Shown in pieces: positions 18,031 through 28,414 of a stretch of DNA of 64,000 nt (position 1 is its first letter; the number at the start of each line of letters is the position of its first letter). The position numbers and the translations under genes were made by a program. Source of the DNA: a virus (Duplodnaviria; Caudoviricetes); IMG/VR virus record IMGVR_UViG_3300028735_000004, positions 128,001 to 192,000 of that record; one strand, written 5' to 3'. The notes beneath the pieces were generated by a model that had not been told where the DNA came from, ran no database searches, and saw only the letters and a program-made list of their open reading frames with translations.

Positions 18031-19140
18031 TTAACACCAACCGTTTCCGTTTAAAATTTCAATATATTTATTTACATAAGATTTTGCCATCATTAATTTA
18101 TCAAATCTAATAACAGATTGATTTCTGCATTTTACCAAATCTATATAGTTAATTTTAGACAAAGCCTCTGAAAAATGTTTAATATTATTTTCACAAACAT
18201 ATCCGGTAATACCTTTATCAATTACTTCCGGCACCGATCCATAATTAGTGCCAATTACCGGAGTGCCGCAAGCCATCGCTTCAACTTGAGATAATCCAAA
18301 TGGTTCGTGAAATTGAACACTATATATAAGAGCCTTTGCTTTTCTATATAGATTTCTTTTAGCAATATGATGTTCAGGATCTTTTGGAAGCCACTCAAAA
18401 TGTATATTTGGTATATTTTTAGCATTATAAATCGCTTGTATAGCGCAATTTTTTTGATATTCAAATATTTCATCTTCCGGTCTGGTTCCCGCTATAACGA
18501 AATCATAATTTGGATTTGTTTTAGCCAAGTTAATCGCAAAATAATATCCTTTTGCTTCGTGCCATCGATTCATCCAAAGAAAAAAATTACTTTTTTCATA
18601 TGTTGGAGAATAATAATTAGTATCTATACCACCATAAACAACTTTTGCTTCTTTAACCTTATGCCCATTTGGTCCAGCTAAATCTGGAGTTGGAGTATTT
18701 TCATAATCAGTAGCTCCTCTTAAAACTCTATCTCTATGAGCATTTGACCAAACAATTAAATTATGGGGGCCGTAGTCATGCTTCCAACATCCACCCATTA
18801 AAGTAGAAATAACACTTGTTTTACCTAATTGAAATAAGTGTTCTGCAACCACTTTACATGTACTAAAATCGTGTATAATATCTAAATTTAATAAAATATT
18901 TTTATATTTATTTAAACAATCTAAAGCACAATCTACTGATGTTGGAGATGATTTTCCATATGTTGCCATAGTTGGATGTAAAATAGTTTTTTCAGGAGGA
19001 ACTGTTCCATCTGGAGCGAATAAATGAATTTCATGTCCTAAATCAATTAAAGATGATATTAAATCTAATATTACAACATCACCAGTATGTGTATGGTATG
19101 GTATTGGAAATGACAATGTTGAAACAATTCCTATTCTCAC
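18031..19140 (-). CDS. GT4 glycosyltransferase
   Basis: EPFGLSQVEAMACGTPVIGTNYGSVPEVI. Confidence 0.9.
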   Translation of the reverse strand: MRIGIVSTLSFPIPYHTHTGDVVILDLISSLIDLGHEIHLFAPDGTVPPEKTILHPTMATYGKSSPTSVDCALDCLNKYKNILLNLDIIHDFSTCKVVAEHLFQLGKTSVISTLMGGCWKHDYGPHNLIVWSNAHRDRVLRGATDYENTPTPDLAGPNGHKVKEAKVVYGGIDTNYYSPTYEKSNFFLWMNRWHEAKGYYFAINLAKTNPNYDFVIAGTRPEDEIFEYQKNCAIQAIYNAKNIPNIHFEWLPKDPEHHIAKRNLYRKAKALIYSVQFHEPFGLSQVEAMACGTPVIGTNYGSVPEVIDKGITGYVCENNIKHFSEALSKINYIDLVKCRNQSVIRFDKLMMAKSYVNKYIEILNGNGWC

Positions 19141-19865
19141 TTCACTGCCTCAACTATAAAACTATGTGATAAACCAGTATCAACTGCCTCTTCAGCTAAA
19201 ATTGGATTTACACTTTTATGGGGCTCATAATAAAAATAAACATCTTTAAAACCAGAGTTTAATAAACAATTTCTTATAGAAAATTTATTAAATATAAACA
19301 TATGACCTTCATAATTATTAAATGTGCAATTAGGTCCAGATGCACCAAACATTAGAAAACATAATTTTGAACCAGGATCTGCTAATTTATAAAATTCGGG
19401 TTGTTCAGGAGCAAATTTATCCATATCATTATTAAAATAAGCATTTAATAATAAATCTAAATCTGGAGTAGTAATTCTAATAACTCCACCTGGTTTTAAA
19501 ACTCTAAAGCATTCATTTAATACTTTAGGAACTTGATAAATTATATTTAAATGTTCTATAATTTGACCAAGATAAATAATATCTACGCTATTGTCTTGAT
19601 GTTGAGGTAATCCAGACATTATATCGTGCTTAATTATATTAGCGGAACCTCCATTAATAAAATAATTAACAACATTTCTTTGTTCCTTTGTCATATTATT
19701 AAATACATTTATATAATAAGGATTTGGCGGGTTAGATGTTAATCCTTCAACAACCAATTTAATATAGTAAAAATATTCATTTTGCTCATCGTGATCGTAA
19801 TTAGTCCATCCAGGATATGGGAAAATATTAGGACCGCACCCTATATTTAATTTAACTAAACTCAT
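19137..19865 (-). CDS. Class I SAM-dependent methyltransferase (Methyltransf_11-like)
   Basis: LNIGCG, IIEHL, RVLKPGGVIRITTPD. Confidence 0.85.
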   Translation of the reverse strand: MSLVKLNIGCGPNIFPYPGWTNYDHDEQNEYFYYIKLVVEGLTSNPPNPYYINVFNNMTKEQRNVVNYFINGGSANIIKHDIMSGLPQHQDNSVDIIYLGQIIEHLNIIYQVPKVLNECFRVLKPGGVIRITTPDLDLLLNAYFNNDMDKFAPEQPEFYKLADPGSKLCFLMFGASGPNCTFNNYEGHMFIFNKFSIRNCLLNSGFKDVYFYYEPHKSVNPILAEEAVDTGLSHSFIVEAVK

Positions 19866-20788
19866 ATTTGACTCTTATAATAATTAATAACTTCTTTAAT
19901 TGATTTTGATTTTAAATTATCTAAATTAGCATACAATTGATCTACCCAAATATAAAACTCATCAGCATTTCTATCTAATTTTGCTTTATTACAAATATTG
20001 CAGCACGGAACTATATTTTCAATACTATGAGTACCATCATTATTTAATCTATCGAGCCCATTGTATTTATATGTATATAGATTATTATTTAATCTATTTT
20101 TATAATAATTAATTGCCGTATTAGACTTTTCTTCACCACAATAAAAACACTTTAATTGACTAATTTTTAGAAAATTATTAAAACTTATATCTTTATATAA
20201 CCTCTGCCAGACTCCTTTAGCGGCAGATAATTGATATTTATTAAAAACAATATCAGATTTATTTTCTATATTTTTAGAATTATTATTAAATTTAACTTTA
20301 TAAATCCAATTTATAAAGTCTTCATAAGATTTATTTAATTTTGCAGAATTACAATAACGACAACACGGAATTATATTATCTATAGTATGTCCTAAGTTAT
20401 TATTGACTCTATCTAAACCATTATAAATAAATTCTCCATTTATTTTTGCATCAGTGCTATTGTTATTAGCATAATATATGTGGCAATTCAATTTATTTAA
20501 TGGTTTAGATTTACAGTAATGACAATCCATTTGAGAATATTTTATAAAAACATTAAAATCACAATCCTTATATGTAGACCTCCAAGCTGCTTTTGCAGAA
20601 GTTTCCTTTGGATTATATTTTTGTTTTAAGCATCCACAAGATTTAATTTTATTAGCAATTAAATGATCGTATCTTATTGATTTTAATTTTCCGCATATGC
20701 ATTGACACAAATAATATTTTTTATAATTAGATATTTTATCTAATTTTAATATAGTTAAATTACCTATACTTTTATTAATCAAACTCAT
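19862..20788 (-). CDS. HNH homing endonuclease with duplicated HNH domain
   Basis: Two CxYC...NGLDRxNN..H...N..PCC..CN.AK domains; N-terminal CxCxCG..SCGC. Confidence 0.85.
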   Translation of the reverse strand: MSLINKSIGNLTILKLDKISNYKKYYLCQCICGKLKSIRYDHLIANKIKSCGCLKQKYNPKETSAKAAWRSTYKDCDFNVFIKYSQMDCHYCKSKPLNKLNCHIYYANNNSTDAKINGEFIYNGLDRVNNNLGHTIDNIIPCCRYCNSAKLNKSYEDFINWIYKVKFNNNSKNIENKSDIVFNKYQLSAAKGVWQRLYKDISFNNFLKISQLKCFYCGEEKSNTAINYYKNRLNNNLYTYKYNGLDRLNNDGTHSIENIVPCCNICNKAKLDRNADEFYIWVDQLYANLDNLKSKSIKEVINYYKSQI

Positions 20789-23700
20789 CGATAACTTTCT
20801 GTAGGGTAATATGGGTTAAGTGGATTAATTTTTTTAATTTCTAACAATTGACGAAACATTTGAGACCATTCATTAGCTAAATCATCTAAACCAAAATGAG
20901 ATATTGCATATTGTTGTGATCTTATTCTATCACTATCATCATCATCAGTTAATGCTTTAACTGCTGCTTCAATAAAGGCATTTTTATAACTTTCACTTGT
21001 CCAATCTCCAGGTATCAAAACACCTCTATCACCAACTGTCTCATTAATTGCAGCAATTGAACTTCCAACAAATCGCAAACCTGCTGCTTGAGCTTCCATA
21101 CCACCTATATAACTCGTTTCTGAAAACCAAGTTGGATATAATATAACTCCAGATGATAAAAATTCATCTGCAAGTTGTTTTTGATTTACACGATCGTGAT
21201 AAACAACTCCTTGATTTTGTAATTCAAATATTTTATTTTTTAAATATTGAATTAAATTTTTATGCTCTGGATTAAATTGTGCCGAATATTCCCAATTTTT
21301 AAATCCATAAAACAAATGTAATTCTGCTTCTGGAACGCGCTCTTTTATTTTCGGCCAAATATCTAATAATACCGGCCAAGAACGATCTGGACTGCTGGAG
21401 TTAATTGCTTTAAATTTATTTCTTGGAAGTTTCTTATTAAATCTATTTAAATCAATACCATTTCTTGATACAATAATATGATCTGGATGAACATTATGAA
21501 CATTAATTAGATTTTGTTTATGCCAGTGAGATAGTGCTATAATACGATCTGCTTTTAACAATAATTCATTATTTGCATTTAAAGCAAATACATCGTGAAC
21601 CCAAAGTAATTTTAATTTAGCAGAAATATTATATCGATCTTCAAGCATATTAGCTTGTCTTGAAATAATTAATACATCGCATTCTAAATCTTGAAATTTA
21701 TTAGACTGATAATATTCAACTCCATCATAAATTCCTTCGCCGTGTTCTCCGCAGCTATTATAAAGTCTAACTCTGTGGCCACTTAATGCCAATCTTTTAG
21801 CCATTTCAAGAGCCATTAATTCACTACCACCAATACCAGTATTTCTAACAGTTAATGGGCTCCAAGTTTCCACGCCGTCTCCGCAATAAATAATAATATC
21901 TAATTTATTATTATTTGATGGTGATTGTAAATATCCTTCGGCCAAAATATTACCTTGATTTTCTACATCTTTGGCACCACTTGCTAAAGAAACAAAACTA
22001 TCTTTAACCCAGAATCCGGCTTTTCGCAAATTATCAGCTACCGTCCAAACAGTTGGCGCAACAATACGACTCTTTAAATGAGGAGTTAACCAATTTTTAC
22101 CTTCTTTTTCTAAATTCCAAGGATCGGCGAATTCAACATATTGACCTCGCATCCAAGCCCCATAAGGAGTGCATAATAAAATTTTACCATTAGATTTTAG
22201 CATTTTAGCAGCCGGAACTAACATATCATTAACCGGATCTATTAAATGCTCATATGTATCAGAACTTAAAACATAATCAAATTTATCTTGTATTTTTTGT
22301 TCCATATCTTTAAATAAAGAACATACATAAGTTGCATTTGTATTAAATTCTTCGGCTTTTCTTTTAGCAAGATCAATAGATGTTTGTATTGCATCGACAC
22401 CGACTACTTTATGTCCTAATAAACCGTATCTATTAGTGAAACTACCGTCCATACATCCAAGATCTAATATAAAACTATTTGGCTCTAATCTTGACGCCAT
22501 TATATGAAATCTTTGTCCTTCTTGAGTATCTAAACTTAAAGGAAATGGTAATAAAATTCCAGATTCTACATTTGGATTAATAGGTGTGTTTAAGGAGATA
22601 AATTTATCTTTATCATTATTCCAATCAAGATATTTTTTTGTCATTGATAATGCTTTTATTGTTTCAGCAGTATGTCTAACATAATATGGAGCATTTTCTA
22701 AAAACGAAATAGCAGATAATACCTCATCATTAACTATATATTGCTTCCAAATCATAAGTACAACGGCCTGCAATTGCTCTTTACTTAATTTTAATGGATA
22801 ACTTGAAAAATCATAAACATTAGGTATTTTCCAATCAAATTCAGATTTTCCAACTTTAGCAACTGGAAATTTATTTTCAAAAACAACACCTTCTTCTGGT
22901 AAAGGTTGATTATTAATAGCGGCTAAAATAACATTAATATTTTCTTTATTAATGGTATTATTGCTAACTAATGTATTTAGATTTTTAACAATTTCTTGAC
23001 GAGCCAAAAAATCTTCATAGATTTTTTTATTAGTTAAAAAATAAGGATCTTCTGGTTGAGCCTTCATACCAGTTAAAACACTTTCTAATGCGCCTTTAAC
23101 ATCACCTATTTTATTTAAAGCTAAATTTAAATATTTATGAATTTCGGCATCACGCTCAATTGGATTAATAAATAATAATGTTTTAGTTGGTGGTAATTTT
23201 AATCCAGTTTGAGCAAAATAAGCGCATCGTTCCCAGTTTCTTTGCTCATCATTACCGCCATTTAATGCAAGAAAATAAAAAGCTTTAGCAAGAGCAAAAT
23301 ATCCCTCTGCCCAATTTTCTTTAATTTCAATTGCTTTAAATCCCCATTTAATACATTCGTTATATTTTTTTAAATCAAAATAAATATCAACAAGTTTCAG
23401 ACAAGCCATAACGCGCTCATCTTCCCATCCAGAAACTTCTATATATTTTGTTAAATGTTCGATAGATTCATCAATCATTCCAACATTAGCATATTCTAAA
23501 CCCAAATAATATCTTTGTCTTGCATCAGTATCACCAATTTTTTCAAAATAGGCTTTTAAAATTCGTAAGTTTCTTCCAGATTCAAATGTTTTAGTGCTGT
23601 ATTGACGCTGATGTTTAAATACTAATTCTTCTCGTGGCACTAATGAAATTCTTTTATTATTGTCAGGAACTGCTACTTCGTGAACTGGATTGGTCCATTT

Positions 23701-24156
23701 AAATAAATTTTTATCTGAAAATAATCTTTCTCTGTAATGTTTGCAGGTGCATTGTCCTGCCGCATTATATGAATACTCATACGGAAATAAAAATGCAATT
23801 CCATCTAATTGAAAAACATCTTTATTTTTTTCATATTCTTCAACTATATTTTTTAATTTATCCATACCGTCAATAATATCATCACCATCTAACCACATTA
23901 CCCAAGATTTAGTGGCTAAATCAAATGATCTTTGACGAGCTTGAGAAAAATTTTCAATTAATCCTGTTTCTGGATTATTACAATCAGTATATACTTCAAA
24001 AATATCTGCATATTTTTTAGCTACTTCTTGCGTTCCATCCGTAGACCCGGTATCAACAATAACGATCTCTTCAACATAATCTCTAATTGATTTTAGACAT
24101 TTTTCTAAAAGTGGTTCATTTTTAACAATAATACAAGCTGATACTGGTGCTTTCAT
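20785..24156 (-). CDS. Multidomain GT2 - TPR - SAM methyltransferase - GT4 protein
   Basis: SACIIVKNE/DTGSTDGT/WLDGDD; TPR helices (YYLGLEY, EGYFALAK); ILDLGCMDG; GIGGSE/SSSPDR/ETSYIGGMEAQ. Confidence 0.88.
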   Translation of the reverse strand: MKAPVSACIIVKNEPLLEKCLKSIRDYVEEIVIVDTGSTDGTQEVAKKYADIFEVYTDCNNPETGLIENFSQARQRSFDLATKSWVMWLDGDDIIDGMDKLKNIVEEYEKNKDVFQLDGIAFLFPYEYSYNAAGQCTCKHYRERLFSDKNLFKWTNPVHEVAVPDNNKRISLVPREELVFKHQRQYSTKTFESGRNLRILKAYFEKIGDTDARQRYYLGLEYANVGMIDESIEHLTKYIEVSGWEDERVMACLKLVDIYFDLKKYNECIKWGFKAIEIKENWAEGYFALAKAFYFLALNGGNDEQRNWERCAYFAQTGLKLPPTKTLLFINPIERDAEIHKYLNLALNKIGDVKGALESVLTGMKAQPEDPYFLTNKKIYEDFLARQEIVKNLNTLVSNNTINKENINVILAAINNQPLPEEGVVFENKFPVAKVGKSEFDWKIPNVYDFSSYPLKLSKEQLQAVVLMIWKQYIVNDEVLSAISFLENAPYYVRHTAETIKALSMTKKYLDWNNDKDKFISLNTPINPNVESGILLPFPLSLDTQEGQRFHIMASRLEPNSFILDLGCMDGSFTNRYGLLGHKVVGVDAIQTSIDLAKRKAEEFNTNATYVCSLFKDMEQKIQDKFDYVLSSDTYEHLIDPVNDMLVPAAKMLKSNGKILLCTPYGAWMRGQYVEFADPWNLEKEGKNWLTPHLKSRIVAPTVWTVADNLRKAGFWVKDSFVSLASGAKDVENQGNILAEGYLQSPSNNNKLDIIIYCGDGVETWSPLTVRNTGIGGSELMALEMAKRLALSGHRVRLYNSCGEHGEGIYDGVEYYQSNKFQDLECDVLIISRQANMLEDRYNISAKLKLLWVHDVFALNANNELLLKADRIIALSHWHKQNLINVHNVHPDHIIVSRNGIDLNRFNKKLPRNKFKAINSSSPDRSWPVLLDIWPKIKERVPEAELHLFYGFKNWEYSAQFNPEHKNLIQYLKNKIFELQNQGVVYHDRVNQKQLADEFLSSGVILYPTWFSETSYIGGMEAQAAGLRFVGSSIAAINETVGDRGVLIPGDWTSESYKNAFIEAAVKALTDDDDSDRIRSQQYAISHFGLDDLANEWSQMFRQLLEIKKINPLNPYYPTESYR

Positions 24157-24225
24157 TCTTTAATTCCAATATGTTAAAATCTAACTTGTATATAACAAAA
24201 ACAATTTAGGTAAATTATTTTAATT

Positions 24226-26445
24226 TTAACCAATTAATTTCATATAGAAATAAGTGCCAGTTGGAGAGTAAGCAATGCCAGAACCGCCGCCGCCTTTAAT
24301 TTGTCCAGTAATACCAGGAATATCCAAGAAACGAGTGTAAGTTTCGATGCTGGTACCAGATGGAATATAAACAAGATAGTTTTGTGAAGCGCTTACATTT
24401 CTGGCACCAGTTGCAGCTGATAAATTAACATAAGTTACTGACTGATCAATAGGTGTTCCGCTACCATAACCACGCCTATCGTTTCCTCCAGTTGCACCAA
24501 GGAATTGTTGAATTTCAATGTTTACACCAGATGGTAATCCAGTGAAATTAATTTTTGTGCTAACTTCATAATAACCAGATTTATTAACTTGAATCCAGCC
24601 AGCAGCAGTTCCAACGCTTGTGGCAGATAAAGCGCCTGAACTATAAATTATTCCGTTATTCCATTTTATCATACCGCCAGAAGCACCGCCGGAAATAATG
24701 TTGGCACCAGTGATACCTACTTTAATAAAATGATTAAAATTATTAATGTTAACTGAATTTCCAGGACCAGTTGTGCCTTCTAACGCTCCATTTAAATTAA
24801 TAGTATTAAATGGTCCGAGTGTAAGTCCGTTATTTTGAATCCAAATAGTGCTGGCTCCGTTAACTCCAGCAGGCCCGATACTTCCGGTTGGTCCTACGGT
24901 TCCAGTTGGTCCGGCAGGTCCAGTTGGTCCGGCAGGTCCGGTTGGTCCGGCAGGTCCGGTTGGTCCAGGAGCACCGTTTGGAGCTTCATTCCAATATAAA
25001 TTACCGCTTCCATCAGTTAATAATACTGATCCAGATGCGCCGATATTTCCTGGTAAGCGTAAAGTAAATGATGCGACAGATGATCCTACTTGTAGATACA
25101 TCATACCGCTACCACGCACGGATCTTAATGCTACATATGGTCCGGCATCAACTGGATCTCTTCCGATTTCTGAAATAAATGTTGCAACGCCAGATGCGCT
25201 ATTAAAGAACTGTACTGATCCATAAAGATTTGCCGTTCCTGCTGGAGCTGGAATAGATAAAATAATATCTCCAGGTTGTCTATTATTACCAGTAGCACTT
25301 GCATTTGGTTCTTGGCTTTTAATTTCAATATTCCAGGTTTGAGCGTTTGATTGTACTGCTGATTTTGTAATTAAGAAGTGATTAGATGATACTATACCAT
25401 CGCCCTCACCTAATAATAAAGTATTATTTCCTGGATTTAATTTAATGCTTGCACCGTTATCAATACTTAATACTGTTGAATTAACGTCTTGTACAGCGAA
25501 GTGCCCTCCGAACTCTACCCAGGTTCCAGAAGTATTCGTATTTCCAAGTTTAATAACATCTATTGTAGATTGACGGCCATAACTTAACATTGGCCAAGGA
25601 TTTCCGCTATTATTCAAATAAGTAATAAATGGATATAAAACTTCCTGTTCAGGTCTTGGTAGTCTAATAAATCCAGATGGGGCGGCAGATGCTACGGTAT
25701 TATAGAATACAAGTCCTGCTGAAGGAACTGTAATAGCTCCACTTAATCCACCAAGATTGCTTATTCTTGGAGTCGTAGCGGTTGAGTTTGATCCTTGAAA
25801 ATCTCCATTTAATGCAATTAAGCCTGGAGTTGCGGAAGATGCGAAAGTTGCACCGCCGCCGACGACGCCGGGGCCGGGTGGACCTTGTGGTCCTGTAGCT
25901 CCTTGTGGTCCTGTGGCTCCTGTAACTCCTGGAGATCCCTGGGCTCCTTGAGGACCAGTAACTCCTTGTGGACCTTGAGGACCTGTAGCTCCTGTAACTC
26001 CTGGAGATCCCTGGGCTCCTTGAGGACCTGTAGCTCCTTGTGGACCCTGAGGACCAGTAGCTCCTGTAACTCCCGGAGATCCTTGAACTCCTTGAGGACC
26101 TTGTGGTCCTGTAGCTCCTGTAACTCCTGGGCTACCTTGAATTCCCTGTGGACCCTGAGGGCCAGTAGCTCCTGGAGATCCTTGAGGACCCACACTACCA
26201 GTTGGTCCCGGTGGTCCTCCAGCGGGTCCGGTTGGTCCCATAGGACCAGTTGGACCTACTCCACCAATAATATAAATATCAGCAATTGGACCTGTAGCAG
26301 ATCCGGTAACTCCAGGACCGTGAAAATTTAATCCTGTAAAATATCCTAAATCATAACCATCATTAGAAACAGAAATACCAGATCCTATCACACTACCGGA
26401 ACCTGTCATTACCCCTTTTATTTGTGATGGATTTATTTTACTCAT
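24226..26445 (-). CDS. Collagen-like fibre protein with Thr-rich GXT repeats and C-terminal beta domain
   Basis: Two Gly-X-Y tracts; C-terminal [11 protein letters not shown] resembles C1q/BclA-type domains. Confidence 0.85.
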   Translation of the reverse strand: MSKINPSQIKGVMTGSGSVIGSGISVSNDGYDLGYFTGLNFHGPGVTGSATGPIADIYIIGGVGPTGPMGPTGPAGGPPGPTGSVGPQGSPGATGPQGPQGIQGSPGVTGATGPQGPQGVQGSPGVTGATGPQGPQGATGPQGAQGSPGVTGATGPQGPQGVTGPQGAQGSPGVTGATGPQGATGPQGPPGPGVVGGGATFASSATPGLIALNGDFQGSNSTATTPRISNLGGLSGAITVPSAGLVFYNTVASAAPSGFIRLPRPEQEVLYPFITYLNNSGNPWPMLSYGRQSTIDVIKLGNTNTSGTWVEFGGHFAVQDVNSTVLSIDNGASIKLNPGNNTLLLGEGDGIVSSNHFLITKSAVQSNAQTWNIEIKSQEPNASATGNNRQPGDIILSIPAPAGTANLYGSVQFFNSASGVATFISEIGRDPVDAGPYVALRSVRGSGMMYLQVGSSVASFTLRLPGNIGASGSVLLTDGSGNLYWNEAPNGAPGPTGPAGPTGPAGPTGPAGPTGTVGPTGSIGPAGVNGASTIWIQNNGLTLGPFNTINLNGALEGTTGPGNSVNINNFNHFIKVGITGANIISGGASGGMIKWNNGIIYSSGALSATSVGTAAGWIQVNKSGYYEVSTKINFTGLPSGVNIEIQQFLGATGGNDRRGYGSGTPIDQSVTYVNLSAATGARNVSASQNYLVYIPSGTSIETYTRFLDIPGITGQIKGGGGSGIAYSPTGTYFYMKLIG
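24875..24975. repeat. 18-bp tandem repeat encoding GPTGPA
   Basis: ccggcaggtcc(a/g)gttggt units. Confidence 0.85.
25870..26270. repeat. Imperfect tandem collagen repeat ([18 protein letters not shown] units)
   Basis: Repeated gctcctgtaactcctggagatccctgggctccttgaggacc blocks. Confidence 0.85.
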
Positions 26446-27044
26446 TAGTTTTTAATATAATAATCAGCAGTTATTACATCTACGGGTGATGGTGTTGTTG
26501 ATGGAGGTGTTACCATAATAATTCCAGTATATCCAGTGCCGGGACCTCCGCCCTCAAAAATAAAATAATCATCTAAAAACATTTGCTTTACACCGTTTTT
26601 ATAAACAATTATTTTATGATCAGCATCTTGAACGAAAGTGCCAAAAGGAATTGTAAAAATATTATTTACACCATCTACAACTCCAACCAATTGAACATCT
26701 TCTTTTTTAATATACGATAATTGAGAAGTAGAAACAGTTGTGCCAAAATCAACACCACATGCTTTTAAAAAAGCTTTTTGGTCCTCATTAAATTGTAATA
26801 AATTAATATCACTAAAAACTATAGTAATTTCATTTGCTAATAATTTATTTAAAAGCTCTCCTTTTAATAAAGAAGCTCTTATATCTGATTCACTAACACC
26901 AGGAATTGCCAATAAATCTCTTTCCTTACCAACAGGAATTGGATAATTGAAAATTTTAATTTCTTTATTTGAATTAGAAATAATATTTTTAACTACAAAA
27001 GATGTATTTCTTTTTTGGAAAGGAGCAAATCCATTCATACCCAT
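26445..27044 (-). CDS. Putative structural/fibre-associated protein
   Basis: TAATG-coupled to the collagen gene; [19 protein letters not shown]...DY motif typical of virion appendage domains. Confidence 0.5.
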   Translation of the reverse strand: MGMNGFAPFQKRNTSFVVKNIISNSNKEIKIFNYPIPVGKERDLLAIPGVSESDIRASLLKGELLNKLLANEITIVFSDINLLQFNEDQKAFLKACGVDFGTTVSTSQLSYIKKEDVQLVGVVDGVNNIFTIPFGTFVQDADHKIIVYKNGVKQMFLDDYFIFEGGGPGTGYTGIIMVTPPSTTPSPVDVITADYYIKN

Positions 27045-27815
27045 TTAGTACCCCTTTTTAAATCTTTTATTTTTTTTATTTTTTTTCTTTTTATATGGAT
27101 ATGCTGCTTGAACCATTGGCATCATCATTGGCATAGGCATTGGCATCATCATTGGATACCCGTAAGGATGAGAGATATATTCATCTTCGTCATCATCTTC
27201 ATCGTCATCATCTTCAATAATTTTAGAATTAGATTGAAGTTGGATATTTTGATTATCGCTATGCTTGCTTAAATCTTGTTTATTATCGTATTTGCTATAT
27301 ATAGTTAATAACGATAATTTTTCGTCTTTGGATAATATTAAATCTCTAATTTATTTTTCGCTCATTTTTTGAATATCAGATGCAGTTAATCTATATCTTA
27401 AATATAACATTTCTTGCAAATAATTCATCTGTGGTTTAAAATAATCAAAATCTTTTTGATCTATTCTTAAAGTTCTATCCACTGCTGCGCTTAAAGTTCT
27501 ACAATAACTGTCAAGCCATTCTGGAGTACCTAAAAATTGTTCTTTAATATCATCAACAGCGGTTTTAACTTTAAAAAAAGTTTTTATTTGTTCAGATGTA
27601 TCCGTATCAATAAAAGGCTCGGACCTATGATAAAATTGTAAATTTCTTCTCGGATTAAACTCATTTTCTTGATTAATTCTACGAGTATCAAAAGCAACTT
27701 TTATCATTTTATTATTTAAAACAGATGCTCGTAATTCAAATATTTTTTTACGATTATCTATTTTATTTGATAATGAAGAAAGCGTATTATAAATATCTAT
27801 ATAATCAAATATCAT
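27045..27815 (-). pseudogene. 256-codon hypothetical gene with a single in-frame TAA at 27351-27353
   Basis: Frame continues after MSEK* as IRDLILSKDEKL...DDDDEDDDEDE...PMMMPMPMPMMMPM...KKKKNKKNKRFKKGY* and ends flush with the next ATG. Confidence 0.8.
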
Positions 27816-27872
27816 ATAAACCTACAAACTATTATTCTATAATATACTAAAATAATAGTATTATAAATTTAA

Positions 27873-28391
27873 TTAAATATCTAATTTCCAGTCCCAAATG
27901 CTAATTTTTTTAGTTCCAATATTATTTTGATTATAAATCGCCAATATACAGTCTTTTGGATATGGGGTAGTGCAGCCCTCAAAAGTTAATCTGCCTTTTA
28001 AAATTAAAGTATGTGAGAATGGATACACATAATCAATAAACCAATTAGATCCTACTGAAGCTGGAACTAAAAATGCTAAATAACGATCTGGATTTTTAAC
28101 AGCCCACATCGCACATTTATCCGACCAAGCAGATATATTTCCAAATGGAGGGTTTAACCATAAATTGCCGTCCAAATTATTCCAATCATATTCTAAAGAA
28201 TTTACATATAAAGCATTAGGATTGTTGCCAGGTTTAAAAGATAAATATTTATCTGTTTTAGCATTACCATCTTCTGCAGCTAAATCCCAAGATAATTTTC
28301 CAAATTTATTTTCTACGGCTTTAATTAAATCTTTTGGAGTTCCATAATTTTGTTTTGATTGACCTGGTTTTTGAATTGGCATTATTTTCAT
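27873..28391 (-). CDS. Phage N6-adenine DNA methyltransferase (Dam-like)
   Basis: YGTP, WDLAA, LWLNPPFG, LVPA..G..WF, RLTF. Confidence 0.85.
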   Translation of the reverse strand: MKIMPIQKPGQSKQNYGTPKDLIKAVENKFGKLSWDLAAEDGNAKTDKYLSFKPGNNPNALYVNSLEYDWNNLDGNLWLNPPFGNISAWSDKCAMWAVKNPDRYLAFLVPASVGSNWFIDYVYPFSHTLILKGRLTFEGCTTPYPKDCILAIYNQNNIGTKKISIWDWKLDI

Positions 28392-28414
28392 ATAAACTTT
28401 TATATCAATAAAGT

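Noticed and set aside
24875-26270. CRISPR array
   Set aside because: Repeats are codon-periodic collagen coding sequence without unique spacers; no cas genes.
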